Shown here: piece by piece, positions 19,589 through 29,601 of the stretch
Layout: each line of letters begins with the position of its first letter
Position numbering within the stretch: the first letter of the stretch is position 1
DNA from: an uncultured candidate division Zixibacteria bacterium
GTDB lineage: Bacteria > Zixibacteria > MSB-5A5 > UBA10806
Assembly: GCA_963817915.1 (NCBI GenBank)
Contig: CAWFQL010000011.1
Location: forward strand, 224,001-288,000
Reading direction: 5' to 3'
Length of the DNA: 64,000 bases
The notes under the pieces: model-generated
Told to the model about the DNA's origin: nothing
Database searches by the model: none
What the model saw: only the letters and a program-made list of their open reading frames with translations
Translations under genes and position numbers: made by a program

Positions 19589-20005
19589 ATGAAAGAGTAC
19601 GTGAAAATTTTAGTCGTAGATGACGAAGCGATAATGAGGAATTTGCTCCTCAAAATTCTTGAAAAAGAAGGATACCCGGTAACGGTCGTATCATCCGCGC
19701 AGGAAGCTCTTGATATTCTCTCTAAGGAGAAATTTGAGCTGTTGCTTTCAGATATAAGGATGCCGGGAATGGATGGATTCGAGTTATTGAAAAGATCCAA
19801 GAGCCAATGGCCAGACATGGCTGTCATAATGATGACCGCATATGGCGATGCCTATACAGTCAAGGAAGCCCTGATCAATGGCGCCGATGAATATGTCAGC
19901 AAGCCATTCAAAAATCACGAAATCTCTTTGATAATTGAACGAGCCTACTGGCGTCTTCAATCCTCAAGGACATCACCGGAGAGTCAAAAAAAAGAACCTG
20001 TTTGA
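19589..20005 (+). CDS. Single-domain response regulator (NtrC-type receiver with no output domain)
   Basis: ILVVDDE, LLSDIRMPGMDGFELL, IMMTAYG, GADEYVSKPF. Confidence 0.93.
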   Translation: MKEYVKILVVDDEAIMRNLLLKILEKEGYPVTVVSSAQEALDILSKEKFELLLSDIRMPGMDGFELLKRSKSQWPDMAVIMMTAYGDAYTVKEALINGADEYVSKPFKNHEISLIIERAYWRLQSSRTSPESQKKEPV

Positions 20006-20301
20006 TTGACTAGTCAAGCAATCATTTCATTGATGGCCAGAATAATCGCCGATTGTTCTGGCCATTTTATTTCTATTCATGATTACTTTTCGAAAATACT
20101 ACCGCACGCAAATAAGAAAAATATTCTTTCATTGAAGAAATAATTTCCGCATTGCTATTCCAAACCGAAAAGAAGAAATTCCCCGGGGCTTCACGAGCAG
20201 CTTTAATAGTGTGTCGCAACGTGTTGATAGATAGGGCGATATCGGACAGGCGGGTTCGGTCGTAAAATAAAAATTCCGACATTGCTCAGGCAAAACTATC
20301 G

Positions 20302-20317
20302 AGGCACGGGAATTGCT
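20302..20317 (+). promoter_or_regulatory. Sigma54 (-24/-12) promoter upstream of the flgFGAHIJ operon
   Basis: AGGCACGGGAATTGCT fits GGCAC-N5-TTGC, ~40 nt before the flgF ATG, in a 350-bp intergenic region. Confidence 0.8.
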
Positions 20318-20358
20318 CTATCCCAGTTAAGCTATAGTCATTTGGAGGAGGACAGCCA

Positions 20359-21087
20359 ATGATAAAAGGAATCTACAACTCGGCCTCGGGAATGTTACCG
20401 AGGATATTAAAACAAGAAATCTACGCCAATAATATGGCCAATGTTAATACGCCCGGTTTTAAGAAAGACGATGTTTTCCTAAAGACCTTGAGTGATGCGC
20501 AAAAGGGCGATATCATCACAGATTTTCCGTGGGAGACTCCGATGGCTGATGAAGTCTATATCGACTACCAGCAGGGGAGCCTCGAAAAAACCGATGGTGA
20601 AAATGACCTCGCAATCGAGGGCAATGGCTTTTTCGCGGTTGAAACTCAAAAGGGAACAAGATACACTCGCGGCGGAGAATTCTCGATATCATCGCAAGGT
20701 GTCTTAATCGATGGTCAGGGGAATCCGGTTTTGTCAGATTCCGGCCCGGTATTTATTCTGGGTGAGAGAATGGATGTCGGCCAGGACGGGACAATCTCAG
20801 TCGATGGTTCGGTTATAGGGAAGATCAAAGTTGTCGATTTCGACAAGCCATATAAACTCAAGAAAACGGACAATGGCTATTTTATACCTTCCGATCCTAC
20901 GGCGGCAGAGAAGCCATCGCAAGACGCGCAGGTAAGGCAGGGGTATCTGGAAAAATCGAATATAAATATAGTCGAAGTCATGGTTGATATGCTTGCCTCA
21001 TTCAGATCGTATGAGGCCAGTCAAAAAGCGATTCAAACACAAGACGAGACATTGGATAAAGCCGTTAACGATTTAGGTAGAATATAG
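20359..21087 (+). CDS. flgF: Flagellar basal-body rod protein FlgF
   Basis: [40 protein letters not shown]; precedes flgG. Confidence 0.9.
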   Translation: MIKGIYNSASGMLPRILKQEIYANNMANVNTPGFKKDDVFLKTLSDAQKGDIITDFPWETPMADEVYIDYQQGSLEKTDGENDLAIEGNGFFAVETQKGTRYTRGGEFSISSQGVLIDGQGNPVLSDSGPVFILGERMDVGQDGTISVDGSVIGKIKVVDFDKPYKLKKTDNGYFIPSDPTAAEKPSQDAQVRQGYLEKSNINIVEVMVDMLASFRSYEASQKAIQTQDETLDKAVNDLGRI

Positions 21088-21101
21088 TCAGGGGGATTTA
21101 A

Positions 21102-21890
21102 ATGATTAAAGCGATGCGAACAGCGGCCTCGGGAATGGTCGCGCAGCAAATGAATGTCGATACTATCGCGAACAACCTCGCGAATGTTAATACTACCGGA
21201 TATAAGAAGAACAAAGTCGAATTTCAGGATGTCTTATATACGCAGCTTCGCGCGCCGGGAGCAGCTTCGGCGGCAGGGTCTCAAACACCCTTGGGCCTTG
21301 AAGTCGGTTACGGTACAAGGCCAGTCGCGACCCAAAGATTTTTTACCGAGGGCAATTTACAGCAGACCGGCAACCCGCTCGATGTAGCAATCGAAGGGAA
21401 CGGTTTTTTCCAGGTGTTGCTTCCGAATGGCACCCTGGCATACACCCGCGATGGTTCATTCAAGATGTCTGCCGATGGTCAGGTCGTGACATCGGATGGA
21501 TTTTTCCTTCAGCCGTCAGTCACAATTCCGCCGGATTCCGATGATATTTCAGTCAGCCCCGATGGTATGATAAGTGTCAGAGTCGCGGGCGACCCTACTC
21601 CTCAAGAGATAGGTCAAATAGAGATGGCCAAGTTTATAAATCCCACAGGCTTAGAAGCCATCGGACACAACCTCTTTATCGAAAGCCCGGCCTCGGGAAA
21701 TGCCACACTCGGCACTCCGACCCAGAATGGTTTCGGAAGGGCGAATCAGGGCTATCTTGAAATGTCCAATGTCGAAATAGTCGAAGAAATGGTGAATATG
21801 ATTATCGCTCAAAGAGCATACGAAATTAACTCCAAGGCAATCCAGACATCGGAAGAGATGACGCAAATTGCCAACAACTTGAAGAAGTAA
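21102..21890 (+). CDS. flgG: Flagellar distal rod protein FlgG
   Basis: AASGM.AQQ.NVDTIANNLANVNTTGYK, EFQD.LY, F.NP.GL.A.G.NL, LEMSNV..VEEMVNMI.AQRAYEINSK. Confidence 0.97.
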   Translation: MIKAMRTAASGMVAQQMNVDTIANNLANVNTTGYKKNKVEFQDVLYTQLRAPGAASAAGSQTPLGLEVGYGTRPVATQRFFTEGNLQQTGNPLDVAIEGNGFFQVLLPNGTLAYTRDGSFKMSADGQVVTSDGFFLQPSVTIPPDSDDISVSPDGMISVRVAGDPTPQEIGQIEMAKFINPTGLEAIGHNLFIESPASGNATLGTPTQNGFGRANQGYLEMSNVEIVEEMVNMIIAQRAYEINSKAIQTSEEMTQIANNLKK

Positions 21891-21891
21891 A

Positions 21892-22566
21892 ATGAGAATA
21901 TTTTTGCTGCCTTTCATTATTATCGCGCTCAATAACGCTGATATTGAAAAGACAATACTATCTAATCTGAATCAGCGGTTTCCATTGACCAACGCTCAAT
22001 ACGTCTGCGATTTTTCGCGGCTAAACCTAACCAATATGCCGGTTTCCGATAGCGTGGCGATCGACGGTTATGGAAAAGATAAGCCTAAGGGGCTGGTCGT
22101 GATTCGGCTCTCATTCTTTAGAAATGGTGAAAGGGTTTTTAAAACTGCAGGTACTGTTAATGTCGGTATCTTAAAGAAAGTCATGTCAGCCGCGATGCCG
22201 ATTAAAGGCGGAGAAAAATTAACAACCGATAAAATCATTTTCGAGACCAGGGATGTCTCTTCGTTGAATGACGCCTCCTTGGATTCCCTGCCACAGCTCG
22301 ATGGCAAAATCGCCGCGAAATTTATTCAATCAGGCGCAACACTTACGGCATCGATGCTGGCCTCACCGCCACTGGTAAATCCCGGTGATCAGGTGGAGAT
22401 TCAATTCAGTAATGGCGACATCACGCTCAGAACCCGCGGGATTGTTAAAGATAAGGGTTCATCGGGAAGCAGGGTTAGAGTAATGAATGTAGATACCAGA
22501 AAAGTAATCAGAGCAACTGTGATAGACAAAGGATTAGTAGCCATAAATAATAAGGAGGGGGAATGA
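21892..22566 (+). CDS. flgA: Flagellar P-ring chaperone FlgA
   Basis: SAF domain; P.LV..GD.V.I…G..G..VRVMN..T.KVI.A.V; lies between flgG and flgH. Confidence 0.88.
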   Translation: MRIFLLPFIIIALNNADIEKTILSNLNQRFPLTNAQYVCDFSRLNLTNMPVSDSVAIDGYGKDKPKGLVVIRLSFFRNGERVFKTAGTVNVGILKKVMSAAMPIKGGEKLTTDKIIFETRDVSSLNDASLDSLPQLDGKIAAKFIQSGATLTASMLASPPLVNPGDQVEIQFSNGDITLRTRGIVKDKGSSGSRVRVMNVDTRKVIRATVIDKGLVAINNKEGE

Positions 22567-23147
22567 AATTGAGAATTTTTCTTTCGATAATGGCATTCCT
22601 GCTGATTGTTCCCAAAGTAAATTCCGCGAATTTCGAGGAAGCAAAAAGCAAATCGCTATTTACGGATATCAAGGCTTGTAAAGTTGGCGACTTGGTAACC
22701 GTGCTGATAGTAGAAGATGCCCGCGCCAGTAATAAGGCTAAGGCGACCACCAAAAAAGACAACAAAATCGAAGCCACCGGCGGGCCCGGCGCGGGATTTC
22801 TTGATTTTATCCCAATGTGGGGAATCTCCGGCGAAAACAAAAATGAATACAATGGCGAAGGCGGTCTGGAAAAGGCTGGAAGTGTTCGCGCCAAGATGAC
22901 TGTCAGTGTGATTGCTGTCAAAGATAATGGTGATCTCGCTATCGAAGGTAACCGCCTCATGAATATCAACTCCGACAAGGAGACGCTCTATCTATCAGGG
23001 GTTGTACGGCAAAAAGATATCTCAGCCGCAAATACGATATTCTCCTATCAAATCGGCGATGCTCAAGTGTCATTCAAAGGAAAAGGGCAGACCCATGACG
23101 GCGCTCGCCCGGGATTTTTCGCAAGAATTTTAAACTGGATATTCTAA
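22563..23147 (+). CDS. flgH: Flagellar L-ring protein FlgH
   Basis: SLFTD.KA..VGD.VTV.I.E, NG.L.IEG.R, LSGVVR..DI...NTI.S..I.DA. Confidence 0.93.
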   Translation: MKLRIFLSIMAFLLIVPKVNSANFEEAKSKSLFTDIKACKVGDLVTVLIVEDARASNKAKATTKKDNKIEATGGPGAGFLDFIPMWGISGENKNEYNGEGGLEKAGSVRAKMTVSVIAVKDNGDLAIEGNRLMNINSDKETLYLSGVVRQKDISAANTIFSYQIGDAQVSFKGKGQTHDGARPGFFARILNWIF

Positions 23148-23149
23148 TT

Positions 23150-24265
23150 ATGAGAAAATCAACGTTAATAGTTCTGCTAATCGCAATGTGTTCGATCTAT
23201 CTGATGCCGACCGCAATTCCAAGCGATGTCCGTATCAAGGATATAGTCTCATTTCAGCTTGATAATGATATCCAGCTTATTGGATATGGCCTGATTGTCG
23301 GACTTGACGGCACCGGCGATTCCAAGAGCACAAGGTTTACTATTCAATCATTGACGAACATGATGCAACGGATGGGCATGACAGTTTCGCCGGACGAGGT
23401 GAAAGTCAAGAACGTGGCGGCCGTAATGATAACAGCCACGTTATCACCATACGCCAAAATCGGATCAAAAATAGATATCACGGTGTCATCGATGGGTGAT
23501 GCTTCGTCGCTTCAAGGGGGAGTTCTGTTAGTTACACCGTTATCCGGTCTCGACGGTCAGGTTTACGCGACCGCGCAGGGACCGGTATCGATTGGCGGAT
23601 TTAATGTACAATCAGGCGGGGGAGATAAGATTACGGAAAATTACGCGTTGGTAGGGCGAATCCCCAATGGCGCGATAATCGAAAAGCAAAAAGAGACAAT
23701 AGCCAATATGGAATTCCTCAACGCCCGGCTTATCAACCCTGACTTTACTACCAGTCAACGTATCGCGGACAAAATCAATAAAACTGCCGGCGAGGGCGCT
23801 GCTCGCGCAATCGATGAAGCCAATGTTCAGATTAAATTGCCTGATAAATACAAGGTTTCCGGAGGAGTAGTTGATTTTATCTCCTCAATAGAAGCAATGG
23901 AAATTGTCCCGGATGCCGTCGCGAAGGTCGTAATCAACGAAAAGACCGGCACAATTGTCGCCGGAGAGAATGTGACATTATCAGCTGTCGCCTTAGCGCA
24001 TGGCAATCTTAAGATAGAAATCAAAGCCACACCGCAGGTTTCTCAGCCTGAACCGTTCTCTCAAGGAAAAACAGTGCTGACCCGCGATTCCGAAATATCG
24101 GCGTTCGCAGAGCCAGCGCGCATAATAAGTATGAAGGAACGGACAAGTATCGGAGATCTGGCAACAGCGCTAAATGAAATCGGCGCGACACCAAGAGATA
24201 TCATCGCGATCTTTCAAGCGTTAAAAGTCGCTGGAGCATTAAGAGCGGAACTGGTGATAATGTAA
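23150..24265 (+). CDS. flgI: Flagellar P-ring protein FlgI
   Basis: RIKDI, L.GYGLIVGL.GTGD, KNVAAVMITA, GDA.SLQGG.L..TPL, VVINEKTGTIV, I.QALK.AGAL.AEL. Confidence 0.98.
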   Translation: MRKSTLIVLLIAMCSIYLMPTAIPSDVRIKDIVSFQLDNDIQLIGYGLIVGLDGTGDSKSTRFTIQSLTNMMQRMGMTVSPDEVKVKNVAAVMITATLSPYAKIGSKIDITVSSMGDASSLQGGVLLVTPLSGLDGQVYATAQGPVSIGGFNVQSGGGDKITENYALVGRIPNGAIIEKQKETIANMEFLNARLINPDFTTSQRIADKINKTAGEGAARAIDEANVQIKLPDKYKVSGGVVDFISSIEAMEIVPDAVAKVVINEKTGTIVAGENVTLSAVALAHGNLKIEIKATPQVSQPEPFSQGKTVLTRDSEISAFAEPARIISMKERTSIGDLATALNEIGATPRDIIAIFQALKVAGALRAELVIM

Positions 24266-25277
24266 TGAAAATCCAAACGAGCCATCTTACGATTCAAAGC
24301 AAGAAGACGCCGCCTAAGGCTGTGGCGCCAAAACCCGCAAGTCCGACTAATCCCGAGTTGATCAAACTCAAAAAGGCCTGCAAGAATTTCGAATCGATCT
24401 TCATTTCATATGTTCTGAAAAATATGAGGAAGGGCACCGAAGAGTCCGGCTTTTCGGCGATGGATTAGGCTCGAAGCTCTATACTGAAATGTTTGATGAG
24501 AAACTGGCCGACCAGATGGCGGAAACCGGCCAACTTAAAATAGGGGATATTCTTTATAAACAATATGAATCATTGATTACGGGCCAGAAAAATGCGCCGC
24601 AGAATAATGAACTTGACTGCAAGCCTGAAATTGGTGAATCATCGATACCTCTTTCGCGAAAGATTCACAATGAAAAATCGCCGATTCCTCTAAAAGTGAA
24701 TCAGGAAAAAATCGCGAGTCCAGCTGTAGCGACTCCAATAGCACTTAAGGCCGATGTCCCCGTCTTCGCGAAAAAGGCGGAAGTTAAACCCGATAACACG
24801 AAAGTTGCGGCTATCAAGAGCGATATTTCTTCCAAGAAGAATGATGGTCACGAAGATAATAAAAAATCAAATGGTGTTCTTGCGGGATTTGAGAAAATTA
24901 TTGAATCAGCCGCCAAAAAATTCGAATTAAGCCCGGAATTGATCAAGGCAGTTATTCATCATGAGTCAGGCGGCAACCCTCAAGCGGAATCCAGTCATGG
25001 CGCCAAGGGTCTGATGCAATTAATAGATTCGACATCGACCATGATGGGGGTTGTCGATCCCTTTAATCCTATCGAAAACATCATGGGCGGAGCAAAATAT
25101 CTTGCGATGCTTATGAAAAAGTTCGGCGGCGATATGGAAAAAGCGCTGGCATCCTATAATGCCGGACCGGGCGCCGTAGAAAAATATGGTGGTATTCCAC
25201 CTTACCCCGAGACGCAAAATTATGTCCAAAAGGTCCTGGGGACGTTTAAAAGTGCAACAAATGATAATAAAAAGTAA
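24265..25277 (+). CDS. flgJ: FlgJ: rod-binding domain fused to a lytic transglycosylase (SLT/GH23); split by a 1-nt deletion near 24451-24454
   Basis: LKKAC..FESIF…LKNMR then (frameshift) YTEMFDEKLA..MA..G...IGD.LY.Q; SLT motifs AVI.HES, GAKGLMQL, ASYNAG, PPY.ETQNYV. Confidence 0.85.
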
Positions 25278-25296
25278 TATTTAGCCGATAGAAGTA

Positions 25297-25803
25297 ATGA
25301 TGCAAAATGAACTAAATGAATTAATTAAGATTCTCAGCGCTGAACATAAGATATATCAGGATTATCTTCAGTGCCTGATCGAACAGCAGGAATTCCTTAT
25401 CCAGAGCGACCTTAAGGGTATCAAGACCTCGATTGATAAAATTTCAGTTCTCGCGCAAAAAGCGATGAATATGGAGAATGGCCGCCGTACAGTTATTTCG
25501 AGGCTTTCAGCAAAATTGGGCATGAATCCGCACGACGTGACTGTCAGCAAAATTCTTCAGCAATTTGAGGGCCCTCGATTCGAGGAATTGGATAAACTCA
25601 AGGATAAGATTTTGGACACATATTCAAAGGTGATCAATCAGAAAACTCGCAATGAGCTTTTGATAGATCAATCGATGAATATAATCCAGCAAACAATGCA
25701 GATTATTAACGACGTGGAAAATCCCCAGCCGACTTATGATAATCCGGCAGCGTTCAGAAATGGGGCCAATAATATCAAGACAATTGTTTCAAGGACGGCT
25801 TAA
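25297..25803 (+). CDS. flgN: Flagellar export chaperone FlgN
   Basis: Helical; L...L..E...Y..L…E..R and N..LI..S…Y pattern; directly precedes flgK. Confidence 0.8.
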   Translation: MMQNELNELIKILSAEHKIYQDYLQCLIEQQEFLIQSDLKGIKTSIDKISVLAQKAMNMENGRRTVISRLSAKLGMNPHDVTVSKILQQFEGPRFEELDKLKDKILDTYSKVINQKTRNELLIDQSMNIIQQTMQIINDVENPQPTYDNPAAFRNGANNIKTIVSRTA

Positions 25804-27198
25804 ATGTACGGTCCAAATGTAGGGCTTGAAATCGGCAGAAGGGCTCTCATGGCCCAGCAATTAGCGCTCAATCTTACCGGCCACAATATTGCCAATGTAA
25901 ACACACCGGGCTTTTCAAGACAGCAGGCCGTAATGAGCAGCAATCTGCCGTTGGCCATGCCTTTTGGTGTGGTTGGCACCGGCGTGGATGTTACCGAGAT
26001 CAGGCGGCTCAGGTCTGTTTTCCTCGATCAGCAATTCAGAAATGAATCTCAGAAACTCGGCCAATGGGATAAACTCGATGAAACCTGGAAACAGGTCGAA
26101 GCTGTCTATTCCGAGCCGGAGGATACTGGATTATCCGCGATGCTTGATCAATTCTGGAATTCCTGGCAGGCCCTTTCCAATAACCCTGAAAGCCAGGCCG
26201 CCAGAGTATCCGTGCGGGAGCAGGCATCATTATTGTCGAATTCATTTAAGCATTTGTCAGGACAGCTCAACGACCTTCGCAATTCGCTCGATAGCGACAT
26301 TTCCAAGATGGTCGAGCAGATTAATAGTGTCGCGACTCAGATTGCCGATCTCAATCATTTGATTTCGGTTGCCGAGCTTTCCGGAGGAAAAGCAAATGAT
26401 CTCAGAGATCAACGAGACTATTTGGTTGATACTTTGTCTCAATGGGTGAAGGCTGGAGTTGTTGAACAGCGCGATGGTTCTTACACAGTATTTATAGGAT
26501 CGATGGCGCTTGTTGACGGTACTAACAGCTTAACTCTCGGTACTGAAGTCCAATCAAACGGAGCTACTACCACGCATAGAGTCTTTTTCGAGGGTACCGG
26601 TGTCGATATCAGTAATCCCGGAGGACAATTTCAGGGATTAATAGAATCGAGAGACACGGTATTGGTAAAAAGAATGAATGATCTCGATCAACTTGCCAGC
26701 GAACTGGCACGAAGCGTTAATGATGTCCATCGCACTGGTTTTGGCGCCGATGGCTCCACCAATATGAATTTCTTTAAGCCAGATATTACGGGGGCGGCGG
26801 ATTTTGAAATCGATCCCCTTATAGAAGACAATGTCAATCTCATTGCGGCAAGCTCTAATGGTGAAATTGGTGATAATTCCAATGCCCTGAATATCGCAGC
26901 CCTTCGAAATGAATTGAAATTTCAAGGTGGAAGATCGACATTCAACGGGTTTTACGACGCCATGGTAGGCGAAATTGGTATAGGTTCATCGGAATCGAAT
27001 AATATGAAAGCTAATCAACAGGCGATGGTTTCCCAAATTTCCAATTCCAGGCAATCGCTAAGCGGTGTCTCATTGGACGAGGAAATGGCCAATATGCTTC
27101 AGTATCAGCATTCCTATGAAGCGGCGGCCAGGGTAATCACCGCAATGGACAGCGCGCTTGATACTGTAATTAATGGTATGGGCCTTGTTGGCAGGTAA
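25804..27198 (+). CDS. flgK: Hook-associated protein FlgK
   Basis: [54 protein letters not shown]. Confidence 0.97.
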   Translation: MYGPNVGLEIGRRALMAQQLALNLTGHNIANVNTPGFSRQQAVMSSNLPLAMPFGVVGTGVDVTEIRRLRSVFLDQQFRNESQKLGQWDKLDETWKQVEAVYSEPEDTGLSAMLDQFWNSWQALSNNPESQAARVSVREQASLLSNSFKHLSGQLNDLRNSLDSDISKMVEQINSVATQIADLNHLISVAELSGGKANDLRDQRDYLVDTLSQWVKAGVVEQRDGSYTVFIGSMALVDGTNSLTLGTEVQSNGATTTHRVFFEGTGVDISNPGGQFQGLIESRDTVLVKRMNDLDQLASELARSVNDVHRTGFGADGSTNMNFFKPDITGAADFEIDPLIEDNVNLIAASSNGEIGDNSNALNIAALRNELKFQGGRSTFNGFYDAMVGEIGIGSSESNNMKANQQAMVSQISNSRQSLSGVSLDEEMANMLQYQHSYEAAARVITAMDSALDTVINGMGLVGR

Positions 27199-27224
27199 AC
27201 GTAGTAAATCGAATTGAGATTGTA

Positions 27225-27470
27225 ATGCTAATTTTGACGAGAAAGCCCGGAGAGACGATTGCGATCGGTGAAGATATAAAAATCACGGTCCTCGGCATTC
27301 AGGGCAAGCAGGTAAAAATCGGTATCGCAGCTCCTGAGAATGTCAGCGTGTTTCGCGAAGAGATATTCAAAAAGATTCACGATGAAAATGTCAAAGCCTC
27401 GCTTTCTCTCAAAGAAGACCTTCAGACGCTCGCCAAGATTATCAAGACCGGAAAAGGGAAAAAACGGTAA
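27225..27470 (+). CDS. csrA: Carbon storage regulator / RNA-binding protein CsrA
   Basis: MLILTRK.GE.I.IG.DI.ITVL.I.G.QVKIGI.AP..V.VFREEI, plus the C-terminal extension (EN..A) typical of FliW-binding CsrA. Confidence 0.97.
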   Translation: MLILTRKPGETIAIGEDIKITVLGIQGKQVKIGIAAPENVSVFREEIFKKIHDENVKASLSLKEDLQTLAKIIKTGKGKKR

Positions 27471-27494
27471 AATGCCTGCAATTAATGCCGAAAA
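27468..27494 (+). promoter_or_regulatory. Sigma28-type promoter upstream of flgL-fliW
   Basis: TAAA-N15-GCCGAAAA (consensus TAAA-N15-GCCGATAA), at the start of a ~200-bp gap before flgL. Confidence 0.65.
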
Positions 27495-27678
27495 TATTAA
27501 TGGCTATCAGATAAATAAAACCACAGCGATGGATTTTCCTCGTTATTGGCAGAATTTTACCGGAAAGACTAAATGGAATTATTCCAACTGTATAATGATA
27601 TTTTGCAGCAATGTGGTACGCCCAACAAAAATTAAATGGCCGTCCGGCCCCAAGTTTATTGAGACAAGGAGTTAGGCT

Positions 27679-29592
27679 GTGAGAGTTACCAATGGCATGC
27701 TCCTGAATACTATTTTAAGGAATTTATCCTTATCGCAGGAGAGATTTTTAAATCTTCAAAGCATTAGTAGTTCAGGCAGGCGTATTAATCGGCCATCGGA
27801 CGATCCTATTGGAATTACGAAGGATCTTGGATTCCGATCAACATTAACAGGGATCGGACAGTTCAGAAAAAATATCGATCAGTCCAAATCATGGCTGACA
27901 TACGCCGACCAATCCTTGGGAAATATAAATGAATTAATAATTTCGGCCAAGGACCTCGCTGTCCAGATGGGCAATGATACTTATGATGAAAATGCGCGCA
28001 GAACATCGGCATCCCAGGCCAACCAGATATTCGAGCAGATTCTCGCCGCCGCGAATTCGACATTTGAGGGAAATTTCATTTTTTCAGGTACCAAGACCAA
28101 TATCAAGCCATTCCTGGCCAATGCCGTCGGTATAGAATATCAGGGCGACTACTCAAAGATCTATTTGGAGACCGAGCCGTCATCATATCTTGATATCAAT
28201 ACTGTCGGCGCGAATTTCCTCACCAATCCTGTCAGAACTCTTGGCGACGGATCAGACCTGAATCCGGGCCTACAGCCGGATTTATGGCTCGATTACCTTC
28301 ATCAGGGCGCCGGGGTTGATCTCGGAGCGGGCATTTTTAGAATCAGAACACTGAATGGTGAATATAATGTTGATGTATCCGCCGCAAGGAATGTCCAGGA
28401 TGTACTTACGGCAATAAACGGCTTAGGAATTCCGAATCTGACAGCATCGATAAGTCCTGCCGGCAATAGCCTTATGATGAACGACACCACAGTTCACCAT
28501 ATGACTGCCACTACGCCATTAGGCATTTTGAATGGCGGTTTGGGAGTCGATCAGGCGCCCGGACTGATAAATTTCACGACCGGGGCAACTACAGTAAGTG
28601 TCGATATTTCCGCAGCCACCAATGTTGGTGATGTAATCACGGCAATTAACACTCAGCTCGCCGCGGGCGGTATCAATAATGTCACTGCTTCAATCGATAT
28701 CGAAAAAAATGCGCTTGTCATCACCGATTCGAATGTAGCTCCGCTAAATATCACAATTTCGGAAGGCGCTCCATCCGGCCATACCGCTACTGATCTCGGC
28801 ATTATCGGCGAAGTGGTCGGATCATTATCGGGGCAGGAGCTTAATCCCTACCATATTCAGGTGATCGAAGACGCTCCCGGGCAAAAAACCGCCGAATCCC
28901 TTGGACTTCTCGAAGCAACCAACTTCGAAGCGTTGGATGGGAAAGACCTCAATCCGGAATTGGCATACTTTACCAAATTATCGTCTCTGAATAGCAACGC
29001 GGGCTATCCGCTGGGAAAAATCAGGATAGTCAATGGACACGATTACCAGGATGTAGATCTTAGTCCTCTTTCTGCCGATCCCAATGCGACGATAATGGAC
29101 CTTATTAAAATGATTAATTCGTCGGGCGTGGAAGTTGAGGCAAGGGTCAATAACCAGCATACCGGTATCCAGGTGTTCTCGAAAGTAGAGGGACGATCAT
29201 TAATGATTACCGAGGCCGATACTGGGAGAACCGCCAAAGATTTGGGTATTTTCGGCTCTCCAGACTTACTGGGCAATTTAATGATCCTGCACAGCTCGCT
29301 CGAACGAAATAATACTGAAGAAATTAATCTTGCGATTGAAACATTCGATGGCGCCCAAAACAAGGTACTTATAGACCTGGCCGATGTTGGCGCCCGTGTT
29401 AATAGAGCCGATTCGGCTTCAAGTCGATTTTTATCGTTTGAATATCAGGTTACCAGTCAATTGTCTAACATAGAAGACGCCGATATGACCAAAGTAGTCA
29501 CCGAGCTTGCGTCGGCCCAGGTAGTATATCAGGCGGCATTGGCCTCAGCGGCCCAGATGCTTCAACCGTCATTACTTCAATTTTTACAATAA
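27679..29592 (+). CDS. flgL: Hook-associated protein FlgL, enlarged (637 aa)
   Basis: MRVT, SSGRRINRPSDDP, AN…G.FIFSGTKT...PF, C-terminal GAR.NR…IEDADM…YQAAL…LQPSL..FL; AAGGAG SD with GTG start. Confidence 0.93.
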   Translation: MRVTNGMLLNTILRNLSLSQERFLNLQSISSSGRRINRPSDDPIGITKDLGFRSTLTGIGQFRKNIDQSKSWLTYADQSLGNINELIISAKDLAVQMGNDTYDENARRTSASQANQIFEQILAAANSTFEGNFIFSGTKTNIKPFLANAVGIEYQGDYSKIYLETEPSSYLDINTVGANFLTNPVRTLGDGSDLNPGLQPDLWLDYLHQGAGVDLGAGIFRIRTLNGEYNVDVSAARNVQDVLTAINGLGIPNLTASISPAGNSLMMNDTTVHHMTATTPLGILNGGLGVDQAPGLINFTTGATTVSVDISAATNVGDVITAINTQLAAGGINNVTASIDIEKNALVITDSNVAPLNITISEGAPSGHTATDLGIIGEVVGSLSGQELNPYHIQVIEDAPGQKTAESLGLLEATNFEALDGKDLNPELAYFTKLSSLNSNAGYPLGKIRIVNGHDYQDVDLSPLSADPNATIMDLIKMINSSGVEVEARVNNQHTGIQVFSKVEGRSLMITEADTGRTAKDLGIFGSPDLLGNLMILHSSLERNNTEEINLAIETFDGAQNKVLIDLADVGARVNRADSASSRFLSFEYQVTSQLSNIEDADMTKVVTELASAQVVYQAALASAAQMLQPSLLQFLQ

Positions 29593-29601
29593 GGGGGAAA
29601 T

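Noticed and set aside
15327..20005. Naming any of the four receivers cheY
   Set aside because: None shows clearly CheY-specific signatures, and no cheA or cheW is adjacent
24445..24468. Programmed ribosomal frameshift in flgJ
   Set aside because: No canonical slippery heptamer, the break is mid-domain, and the background indel rate is high
25265..25291. Sigma28-like motif TAAT-N15-GCCGATAG before flgN
   Set aside because: The predicted TSS would fall on the start codon with no leader; plausible but not supportable
27340..27675. 111-aa ORF overlapping csrA
   Set aside because: It overlaps csrA out of frame; only the 27472-27675 part could be a gene, and it has no SD or motif support
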